Shown in pieces: positions 8,194-15,929 of a DNA stretch of 18,559 nt. Source of the DNA: a bacterium (GTDB lineage: Bacteria > Zhuqueibacterota > Zhuqueibacteria > Oceanimicrobiales > Oceanimicrobiaceae); contig JBHHXN010000103.1 in assembly GCA_046757025.1 (NCBI GenBank), positions 1 through 18,559 of the forward strand, read 5' to 3'. A model generated the notes under the pieces. That model saw only the letters and a list, made by a program, of their open reading frames with translations. It did no database searches and had not been told where the DNA came from. The position numbers and the translations under genes were made by a program. How positions within the stretch are numbered: the first letter of the stretch is position 1; each line of letters opens with the position of its first letter.

Positions 8194-8704
8194 TAGTTTG
8201 AACCTAAATTGATGAACTATTTAACCACGTAGTGTTTTCGTTTGATCACGTGCTCTTTGCTTGATTGAATTACGACACGGACATCAATTGAAGGGTGAAC
8301 AAGTTTAACGAAGAGAAGACTTTGTGGTCTAAATGAAAATAAACTGCTACGACCATACAGACACTTTTGGGATACAGTACATTTTTTTAAACAGGTGAGA
8401 AGATCCTGGCGTAGATTGTTGCTGAAGTTTTCAAACTCAGTTTCACCCCATAGGCAACAATTTCTTTGTTGCTCGTAAGTCGTAACAGATGTTGACTCCA
8501 GATGGTGTGAATCTTCTGTTCTCGACCCCAGTTTGAGAGTGTAATCTGTTGGGCGAGAAAATTAATGTGACTATAGTTAAAGTCAACCACAAATTTCTTC
8601 TTAAAAAATGTCCCATCCTGAAATAGGTTGACAAAATTAGTAGTGGTTTTTCTTTTGGTGCCCGATTAACAAAGATTTGACTGACAATAGAAGGGAATAG
8701 ACGT

Positions 8705-9250
8705 ATGCGTTCAAAACTAATATCAATGGCGCTCCCGATTCTAACCACGATAATTGGAAGTATAATAGGTGGGGTTGTGGGATGGTCCTCCCCTGAGCCT
8801 ACTCAACAAGATATCTTTATCAAAGCACGTCAATATGCCTTTGAGCCCTCTGTTATCCGAGTAAATAGGGGGGACACACTCCATATAAAGCTTGTTTCAT
8901 TGGATGTGGTGCACGGATTTTTTGTTGAAGGATATGATATTGATGCTGAGATTTTTGCTCATCAAAAGACTTTTCATATTCGACATCCATCAAATAGTGA
9001 TACATGGTCAGAGGTAGATGAGTTAGTCCTTATTGCAGATCGTCGTGGAAAGTTTCGTTATCGCTGTTCCCATACCTGCGGTAGTATGCACCCATTTATG
9101 CAGGGGGAACTTATTGTTCAACCCAACACGCCTTATCATGCTGGCGTTGGTGCTGTCTTCGGGCTTTTTATAGGGATGTTGTGGCTATTTGCCCGACGTG
9201 GAAGAGTTCCCTTAACTTACAAGAATTCTGAAGAGAAGCCGCGTCAATGA
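8705..9250 (+). CDS. Membrane-anchored CuA-type cupredoxin (cytochrome c oxidase subunit II / NosZ C-terminal-like domain)
   Basis: N- and C-terminal hydrophobic segments. ARQYAFEP, SLDVVHGF and CSHTCGSMHPFM (H...C-x3-C-x3-H-x2-M). Confidence 0.85.
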   Translation: MRSKLISMALPILTTIIGSIIGGVVGWSSPEPTQQDIFIKARQYAFEPSVIRVNRGDTLHIKLVSLDVVHGFFVEGYDIDAEIFAHQKTFHIRHPSNSDTWSEVDELVLIADRRGKFRYRCSHTCGSMHPFMQGELIVQPNTPYHAGVGAVFGLFIGMLWLFARRGRVPLTYKNSEEKPRQ

Positions 9251-9259
9251 CGCGTTTTT
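9240..9259 (+). terminator. Possible weak intrinsic terminator overlapping the stop codon
   Basis: CGCGTC-AAT-GACGCG followed by TTTTT. Confidence 0.35.
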
Positions 9260-9366
9260 GGTTAAAGAAAGTAGTGGCTTGTTTAAGTTCTTTTAAAAAA
9301 TTGGTAGTAGTTATGCAGCAAAATTGGAGATCTTGAACGAGGCTGAGATAAGAGGAGTGTAGAATA

Positions 9367-10857
9367 ATGAGCAAGTTTGTGAATTCAGTACCAGAGACTG
9401 AGAAGAGAGTTGATAGCAGTGAAACAGTTTTAGCTGATCGGAAAGTATCCCCGGCCCAGGGTTTCCGTCTTGACCTTTTCGAGTGGATTCCAGGTCTCAA
9501 GAGGTTTGCTCGTTTGCGATCATTTCAATTTCTGATGATGTTACCAAATCTTCTCGTTTTCCATTTACTTTTTATTGCGGGAATTTTTGGTACTCCTGTA
9601 GGCAATAAGAATATCATTATAGTATTTATTTGGATCCTCTGGTGGTTTATGTTGATTGCCATTATGGTACCTTTTGCCTCCAGAATTTGGTGTACAATGT
9701 GTCCTATGCCATTCTTTGGAGATTGGCTTCAACGTTTGGCGTTGATTACAGTCAGGCCTGGGAAAACCCGTGGGATAAGAAATAAACTATTCGGCCTCAA
9801 TCTACGTTGGCCAAGAAGATTTTCTAACATTTGGCTCCAAAATATAGCTTTTCTTACTCTTTGCACATTCAGTGCCCACCTTGTGACACGTCCAATTGTT
9901 ACCGTTGGAGTTTTAGGAGGGCTTGTGTTGTTGGCGACAGTTCTGGCCCTTTTTTATCGGATGAGAACATTCTGTAATTATATTTGCCCGGTGAGTGGGT
10001 TTCTCAGCCTGTATTCAATGGCATCTACGATTGAACTTCGCTCAAAAGATACCGATGTTTGTTTGAAATGCGGTACGAAGGGCTGCCGAACCGGGAGTGA
10101 AAACGGCTGGGCATGTCCCTGGCTGGTTTATTTGGGAAAGCTGGATCGTAACAACTATTGCGGCCTTTGTATGGAGTGTATAAAGTCGTGCCCCAATGAT
10201 AACATTGCTTTGAATCTCAGGCCATTTGCTACCGACACAAAAATCAAAGGTTTTGATGAAGCCTGGAAGGGTTTTATTATGTTAGCTCTGGCGATGGCCT
10301 ATTCCGTAATTCTCTTGGGAACAAATGGCACGATTAAAGACTGGGCCAATGTGGCAGAATCAGGGATGTGGGGTGGTTTCGTTCTTTATGCCCTTATCTT
10401 ATGGTCTGTTGCACTGGTGTTAGTTCCGGGAATTTTCTATGGATGCAGTTGGTTGGCACGCCGGTTTGCTAATATAGCTCATATCCCTGTTAAAGAGGTT
10501 TTTTTGGGCTATTCCTTTGTTCTGGTACCCTTAGGACTATTAGCGTGGATCGCTTTTAGTGTTCCCTTACTTTTTGTGAATGGTTCTTATATTATTTCGG
10601 TCATATCCGATCCGCTGGGCTGGGGGTGGAACTTGTTCGGAACCGCCCATTTCCCCTGGCAACCGTTGTGGCCAGAGTATCTTGGTTTTATACAAATTGG
10701 TCTTCTATTATTGGGACTATTCTACGCTTTGTATCGGGGTTACCAAATTGGAGAAAGCCTATTTAACTCTTCCCCGGCGGCCTTCAAAGGTCTTATTCCC
10801 ATAGCTGCTTTCTCTGTAGCAGTAACATTAGCATTTCTTCGCTTTTTTACAGGTTAG
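9367..10857 (+). CDS. Polytopic 4Fe-4S membrane protein, NapH/MauN/NosR-like
   Basis: GAGGAG RBS. About 9-10 TM segments. Motifs WCTMCP, FCNYICP, CLKC-x4-C...ACP and CGLCMECIKSCP. Confidence 0.85.
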   Translation: MSKFVNSVPETEKRVDSSETVLADRKVSPAQGFRLDLFEWIPGLKRFARLRSFQFLMMLPNLLVFHLLFIAGIFGTPVGNKNIIIVFIWILWWFMLIAIMVPFASRIWCTMCPMPFFGDWLQRLALITVRPGKTRGIRNKLFGLNLRWPRRFSNIWLQNIAFLTLCTFSAHLVTRPIVTVGVLGGLVLLATVLALFYRMRTFCNYICPVSGFLSLYSMASTIELRSKDTDVCLKCGTKGCRTGSENGWACPWLVYLGKLDRNNYCGLCMECIKSCPNDNIALNLRPFATDTKIKGFDEAWKGFIMLALAMAYSVILLGTNGTIKDWANVAESGMWGGFVLYALILWSVALVLVPGIFYGCSWLARRFANIAHIPVKEVFLGYSFVLVPLGLLAWIAFSVPLLFVNGSYIISVISDPLGWGWNLFGTAHFPWQPLWPEYLGFIQIGLLLLGLFYALYRGYQIGESLFNSSPAAFKGLIPIAAFSVAVTLAFLRFFTG

Positions 10858-10899
10858 GTAGTAACGCAGGTAAGTTGAGAAAACAATTATGAGGCAATT

Positions 10900-11109
10900 A
10901 TGAATAACATATTTAAAACTATTTATTGTGATGAATGCAAAAAAGATATTCCAATAGAGGAACTTGAGGATGGAACCATCATTGTCCATTGTCCTCGGTG
11001 TGTGGGTGAATGTATGCTATGTGATTGTCATTTGGTGAAAGAATGTTTCCCGGATACTCCAGGCGTGAAAGTTCAACATCCTGATGACGGGAGGGGAGAG
11101 GTGTTATGA
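10900..11109 (+). CDS. Small Cys-rich putative metal-binding protein (69 aa)
   Basis: GAGG RBS and an ATGA overlap with the next gene. Eight Cys: CDEC...HCPRC-x3-C-x2-CDCH-x4-C. No signal peptide. Confidence 0.75.
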   Translation: MNNIFKTIYCDECKKDIPIEELEDGTIIVHCPRCVGECMLCDCHLVKECFPDTPGVKVQHPDDGRGEVL

Positions 11110-12059
11110 AAAAAAGATTAGGGGAACTTCTGGCTACTGTTGTAACGATTGTTCTGTTGATAGGTCTGCCTGTGGTAATCTTTCAAAATGCTCCCTGGGT
11201 CGCAAAAGGGGCTACTCGCGTTATCCATCTTACAGGCGTGATGAAAAATGGAGCCTGGACCGATGAGGAAGTAAGCGGCTTAAACTATTGGTGGAAGACC
11301 TTTTATCCTACTACTCTTATTTTACGAGAAGGTGAAGAGGTTTTACTACGGCTATCCAGTTCAGATGGAACGCATAGTTTTTATGTGCCAGAATTAAACC
11401 TGGGGCCCATTCAAGTAGAATCTGGCCATACAGTTGAAGTGCCATTACGTGCCACACGCGCTGGCAATTACACCTACTACTGCACACTGGTTTGTGGCGA
11501 ATGTCATTATTTTATGCGTGGAACCGTGAGGGTCTTAGATGAAGATGAAAAATATGCATCCTCTGTGGATTTGGAAAAAGCTCATCTGAGCTGTGAGATT
11601 CATGATCCCCCCTCCAAATTTATTTCTTTTATTGAGCGAGGTAAATATTTATATCAACAAAAAGGCTGTGTAACATGTCACGGAGAGGATGGGGTTGGGG
11701 GGATCTACAATCCAAATTACGTAAGCACGTATATCCCCGGATTAAATAACCTTGCGGATAAAATGAAAATATATTGGCAAGAGGATGCAGAGATTATCAT
11801 CAACCTTCTGGAATCTAATCCGGATTTGGAAAGTCTGGAAGACGACCCCCCTATTGATAGTTACAGCCGATTTCTCGCTCAATACAACTCCATTTGTAAT
11901 AAAATTATTAATGGCAGTCCAACACTACAGAAGTTGAATCCTGATGGACCCAAACCCCCGCTTTATATGCCTGCATGGGAGGAACAACTTTCAAGAGAGG
12001 ATATTAATGCAATCTTGGCTTACCTAATAAGCTTGTATCCCTGGGATGAATATGAGTGA
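11106..12059 (+). CDS. Membrane-anchored CuA domain fused to a monoheme cytochrome c
   Basis: One N-terminal TM. SSDGTHSFYVP...YYCTLVCGECHYFM (CuA). GKYLYQQKGCVTCHG...MPAW (class I cytochrome c, His/Met). Confidence 0.85.
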   Translation: MKKRLGELLATVVTIVLLIGLPVVIFQNAPWVAKGATRVIHLTGVMKNGAWTDEEVSGLNYWWKTFYPTTLILREGEEVLLRLSSSDGTHSFYVPELNLGPIQVESGHTVEVPLRATRAGNYTYYCTLVCGECHYFMRGTVRVLDEDEKYASSVDLEKAHLSCEIHDPPSKFISFIERGKYLYQQKGCVTCHGEDGVGGIYNPNYVSTYIPGLNNLADKMKIYWQEDAEIIINLLESNPDLESLEDDPPIDSYSRFLAQYNSICNKIINGSPTLQKLNPDGPKPPLYMPAWEEQLSREDINAILAYLISLYPWDEYE

Positions 12060-13947
12060 ACCGGCTATGTCAGAGTACACGAAGACGACACAAAAAGTTA
12101 ATGCAGAATGGTTGAAGAAAAATTTTCCCTGTTACTGGGCTTGTCCAGTACACACTGAGGCCGGCCGTTATGTGAATCTCATTGCTCAGGGGCGGTTTGA
12201 AGAAGCCTATCGAATTGCACGTGCTCCAAATCCTTTTGCGTCCATTTGCGGACGAATATGTGCGGCCCCCTGCGAAACGGCTTGCCGCCGTGGTCAACTG
12301 GACAAACCTATTGCTATTCGGGCGTTAAAGCGATTTGTTTGCGAGCGATATGGTGTGGAAAGTATGATCGATATCAGCAGAATTCACGAGGCATTAGGAC
12401 CCAGGATTAAACCTAAAAACAAATGGGTGGCTGTCATTGGTTCCGGTCCGGCGGGTATGTCTTGTGCCCATGACCTGGCTCTTTTAGGATATAATGTTAC
12501 GGTTTTTGAAAAACAGGAGGTGCCAGGCGGTATGCTGACATTGGGTGTCCCCGAATATCGACTTCCAAGAGAATTAGTTCGCATGGAGATCAATGCTATT
12601 CTCAGTTTGGGAGTGGAACTTAAGTTGGGTAAGGCCTTAGGTAGAGATTTTACTTTGAAAGACCTTAAGGAAAGCGGCTTTGAGGCGATATTCCTGGCCA
12701 TTGGTGCCCATAAAAGCCGGGATCTTCGCATCGAAGGGGTGGAATTAGATGGGGTTTTACGAGGTGTAGATTTTCTCTTGAATGTCAATATGGGCTACAA
12801 GGTTGAATTGGGAGAGAAGATTATTGTTGTTGGAGGAGGTAATGTGGCGATCGATGTAGCCCGTACCGCGGCACGACAGGAACGAATCGAGGAAGTGGCT
12901 TCAGATATTACGGAAGCATTAGATGTGGCGCGATCCGCTGTGCGCTTCGGCGCTAAAGAAGTTCATATGGTGGTTTTAGAATCTCGGAGGGAAATGCCGG
13001 CCACCGTAGAAGAGATTCAGGAAGCCTTAGAAGAGCGTATTCATATTCATAATTCTGTGGGTCCAAATCGAATATTAGGGGAAAATGGCGTGGTTGTGGG
13101 TTTAGAAACCATTGATTGTGTTTCGGTTTTTGACGAGAATGGAAAGTTTAATCCAAAATTTGCACATGAAACGGAAAAAGTGATAGAGGCTGATACGATT
13201 ATCATGTCCATTGGTCAGGCCTCAGATCTCTCCTTCATCCAGCCAGAAGATGGTATTGAGGTGACGCCACGCAATACCATTAAAGTGGATACAGATACGT
13301 TAGCTACAACTGCTCCGGGCATTTATGCTGGTGGAGATGTGTGCTTTGGGCCTCGTGTGGCGATTGATGCCATCGCCGATGGACGACGGGTGGCCCGTGC
13401 CATTGATGAATATCTCACAGGTCGAAAACACGAAGTTAAAAAGGTTTATCTCACCGTTTACGATACATATGAATATGAACAACAGCCAGAATTTGAGAAA
13501 GTCAATCGAATTAATATTCCAGCTCTGCCAATCGACCGTCGTGTAGGTGTGGCACAAGTTGAATTGGGTTATACTGAAGAACAGGCCGTACTGGAAGCCA
13601 AACGCTGTCTTCGCTGCTGGATCAACACGGTTTTCGTAGGACGTGAGGAATCGGGTTCCGAATGTATTCTTTGTGGCGGTTGTGTTGATATTTGCCCTGA
13701 AAGTTGTATTGAATTGGTTTTCCTCGATCAACTCATTGGCGATCCCAAAGCCATGAAAACTTTGGAGCAATCAGAAGATTTTATCCTGGGTCGGCGACAA
13801 ACCATTCTTGACGAAGAAATCGAGGGCGCAGTGATGATTAAAGATGAAACTATTTGTATCCGCTGCGGACTTTGTGCAAAACGTTGTCCCGTGGACTGTA
13901 TAAAAATGGAAGGTTTTGAAATTGAGGAGAGAGTTGCATATGAATGA
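12052..13947 (+). CDS. GltD/NfnB-like FAD-dependent NAD(P) oxidoreductase with N-terminal Fe-S domain and C-terminal 2x[4Fe-4S] ferredoxin
   Basis: CYWACP, CGRICAAPCETACRR, GSGPAG, GVPEYRLP, GGGNVAID, AGGD, EAKRCLRC, CILCGGCVDICP, CIRCGLCAKRCP. No signal peptide. Start is ambiguous (12046, 12052 or 12067). Confidence 0.9.
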   Translation: MSEPAMSEYTKTTQKVNAEWLKKNFPCYWACPVHTEAGRYVNLIAQGRFEEAYRIARAPNPFASICGRICAAPCETACRRGQLDKPIAIRALKRFVCERYGVESMIDISRIHEALGPRIKPKNKWVAVIGSGPAGMSCAHDLALLGYNVTVFEKQEVPGGMLTLGVPEYRLPRELVRMEINAILSLGVELKLGKALGRDFTLKDLKESGFEAIFLAIGAHKSRDLRIEGVELDGVLRGVDFLLNVNMGYKVELGEKIIVVGGGNVAIDVARTAARQERIEEVASDITEALDVARSAVRFGAKEVHMVVLESRREMPATVEEIQEALEERIHIHNSVGPNRILGENGVVVGLETIDCVSVFDENGKFNPKFAHETEKVIEADTIIMSIGQASDLSFIQPEDGIEVTPRNTIKVDTDTLATTAPGIYAGGDVCFGPRVAIDAIADGRRVARAIDEYLTGRKHEVKKVYLTVYDTYEYEQQPEFEKVNRINIPALPIDRRVGVAQVELGYTEEQAVLEAKRCLRCWINTVFVGREESGSECILCGGCVDICPESCIELVFLDQLIGDPKAMKTLEQSEDFILGRRQTILDEEIEGAVMIKDETICIRCGLCAKRCPVDCIKMEGFEIEERVAYE

Positions 13948-14434
13948 AAAGAAAAAAACAAAGAAAAAGGATAATCAAAATTTGGTCAGTCGGCGGGATT
14001 TTTTGAATACCCTGGGAACAGGAGCTTTGGTGGTCAGCAGTTTGGGCGCGGCTGCCGTCACCTGGGATTTTTTGTCTCCCAATGTTCTGTTCGAACCGCC
14101 ATTAAAATTTCCGGTGGGAAAACCCGAAGATTACCCGCCCGGCACCGTGACCCTGAATTCGGAAAAGAAAATATTCGTGGTGAGGGACCAGCAGGGATTT
14201 TTCTATTGTCTTTCTGCCGTCTGTACCCACCTGGGCTGTCTGGCCTTCTGGAAAGGCGATGAAAATCTGATTGCCTGCCCATGCCACGGAAGCCGCTTCG
14301 GAATGCATGGTGAAGTCATCAAACAGCCGGCGCCCAGGACCTTGCCGCATTTTCTGATCGCGCTCGACAATCGCGGGAAATTAGTGGTGGATAAAAATGA
14401 GCTCGTCAGTGAAGATTACATTTTGAAGGTGTGA
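13940..14434 (+). CDS. petC: Rieske [2Fe-2S] subunit of a Rieske/cytochrome b complex
   Basis: GAGGAG RBS. Tat motif SRRDFL plus TM. CTHLGC, CPCHGS, PAPRTL. Overlaps the oxidoreductase stop by 8 nt. Confidence 0.95.
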   Translation: MNEKKKTKKKDNQNLVSRRDFLNTLGTGALVVSSLGAAAVTWDFLSPNVLFEPPLKFPVGKPEDYPPGTVTLNSEKKIFVVRDQQGFFYCLSAVCTHLGCLAFWKGDENLIACPCHGSRFGMHGEVIKQPAPRTLPHFLIALDNRGKLVVDKNELVSEDYILKV

Positions 14435-14439
14435 TAATT

Positions 14440-15186
14440 ATGCAAAACCCTCTTTTGACAAAGATCGTGCGCTCGCAGGCGTGGAAGTCGATTTTCAGAA
14501 CCGGCGTTCCGAAGACGAATCTGGATAAATCTCTGCTGATTTTTAACAATTTGTTTTTGCACATTTTCCCGGTCAAGGTGCGACAAGAATCCCTTAAATT
14601 CCGGGCCACCTTTTATCTGGGTGTGACGGCTTTTGCGTTGTTTGTGATTCTGGTGGTCACCGGCATTTATCTCATGCTCTACTACCATCCTTCGGTACCA
14701 CAAGCTTATCGGGACATGAAAGATTTGGAGTTCGTGGTTTCCAACGGTCGCTTTATCCGAAATTTTCACCGCTGGGCTGCGCACGGTATGGTAGCCGTGG
14801 TGTTTATGCATTTGCTGCGAGTCTTTTTTGCCGGCGCCTACAAGCCGCCTAAACAATTCAACTGGGTGCTTGGCGTCATTTTGTTTTTAATCACTTTGCT
14901 GCTCAGTTACACGGGATACCTTTTGCCCTGGGACCAATTGGCTCTTTGGGGAATTTCAGTGGGCACCAACATGATGGGTTATGCGCCAGTGCTCGGGAAA
15001 AAACTGCGCTTTCTTTTGCTCGGCGGCAACCTGGTTGGGGAAAACGCCTTGCTGCGCTTTTACGTGCTGCATGTTTTTGTTTTACCTTTAGCCATGACCG
15101 TTTTAATTGGCATTCATTTCTGGCGTGTTCGCAAGGACGGCGGCATAACTCCGCTTTTCAAACGAATCAAGAAGAAGTCAGAGTAA
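14440..15186 (+). CDS. petB: Cytochrome b6-type (split cytochrome b, N-terminal four TMs)
   Basis: RNFHRWAAH...[27 protein letters not shown]-x14-H. Start is ATG 14440 or GTG 14431. Confidence 0.95.
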   Translation: MQNPLLTKIVRSQAWKSIFRTGVPKTNLDKSLLIFNNLFLHIFPVKVRQESLKFRATFYLGVTAFALFVILVVTGIYLMLYYHPSVPQAYRDMKDLEFVVSNGRFIRNFHRWAAHGMVAVVFMHLLRVFFAGAYKPPKQFNWVLGVILFLITLLLSYTGYLLPWDQLALWGISVGTNMMGYAPVLGKKLRFLLLGGNLVGENALLRFYVLHVFVLPLAMTVLIGIHFWRVRKDGGITPLFKRIKKKSE

Positions 15187-15222
15187 TGAGTTGAACAACA
15201 TTTTTATTTAGAGGTCTTGGTC

Positions 15223-15927
15223 ATGAGCTTAAATCAAAAATTCAAATTAGAAGAAATTGTTGAACCACTGGAAATCCCTAAACGCGTAGCCTTCATAAAA
15301 CGCGACACCAGTGCCCAGGTCAAAGTGGAAACCGAAGAGACGGTGATGAGCTGCCCGGATTTGTTGCTGCGCCTGGTGGTGGGATTGGAGATTCTCCTCA
15401 TCATTCTGGCTGTGCTCTCTCTGGTAATCGATGCCCCGCTGGAAGAAATGGCCAATCCAGAGCACACACCAAATCCAGCCAAAGCGCCCTGGTATTTTCT
15501 CGGTCTGCAGGAGCTGCTGCATCTTTTCCCGCCTTTTGTTGCGGGGGTTCTGCTACCCCTGCTGGTCGTGGTTGCACTGGTAGTGATTCCGTATTTTGAG
15601 ATCAACATTAAACGTGAAGGGATGTGGAAAAGCAATCAGCGACAGACCTTTTTCCGGCTAACCACCTTCACCGCGATAATCGTGATCACATTTTCTCTGT
15701 TAAAGGCTTATTCAATTTCGATACCCACTTTGTTGATTTATGGTTACATGATTTTGCCTTATCTGAGTAAAAAAGAATCGGGTTTCATCGAACGACTGGC
15801 GGGCTATTCATTGGCTGAGTGGGTGATGACCTGGTTCGTTTTGGTGGCAGGTGTTTTGACGCTCATCGGCATTCTATTTCGTGGACCCGGCTGGGAATGG
15901 ACCTGGCCCTGGCAAGGAATATATTAA
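15223..15927 (+). CDS. petD: Cytochrome b6 subunit IV-like (C-terminal half of cytochrome b), APWY variant
   Basis: APLEEMANPEHTPNPAKAPWYFLGLQELL, multiple TMs, FRGPGW. GAGG RBS before ATG 15223. Confidence 0.88.
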   Translation: MSLNQKFKLEEIVEPLEIPKRVAFIKRDTSAQVKVETEETVMSCPDLLLRLVVGLEILLIILAVLSLVIDAPLEEMANPEHTPNPAKAPWYFLGLQELLHLFPPFVAGVLLPLLVVVALVVIPYFEINIKREGMWKSNQRQTFFRLTTFTAIIVITFSLLKAYSISIPTLLIYGYMILPYLSKKESGFIERLAGYSLAEWVMTWFVLVAGVLTLIGILFRGPGWEWTWPWQGIY

Positions 15928-15929
15928 CA

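Noticed and set aside
8407..8423. Second sigma54 promoter TGGCGTAGATTGTTGCT
   Set aside because: Spacing is GG-N11-GC, while sigma54 requires N10.
8218..8748. Minus-strand ORFs in the large gap (8387-8590, 8443-8748 and a start-less open frame)
   Set aside because: No recognisable motifs or RBS, one overlaps the CuA gene start, and they oppose the orientation of the whole locus.
11019..11031. Heme c site in the Cys-rich mini-protein (CDCH)
   Set aside because: The motif is CxCH, not CxxCH, and the protein has no export signal.
8705..12059. Calling the CuA genes coxB/ctaC of a cytochrome c oxidase operon, or nosZ
   Set aside because: There is no 12-TM subunit I with heme/CuB histidines and no NosZ beta-propeller in the window. 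The topology also differs from canonical subunit II.
12052..13947. Assigning gltD, dsrL or nfnB
   Set aside because: The fold family is shared, but there is no gltB, dsr or nfnA neighbour. The context points to a Rieske/cytb-associated role.
15819..15929. Longer starts from the ORF track (also 5477, 6803, 7576, 13916)
   Set aside because: Downstream ATGs have clear RBSs and put signal peptides or TM anchors at the N-terminus. The extensions overlap other genes or structured spacers.
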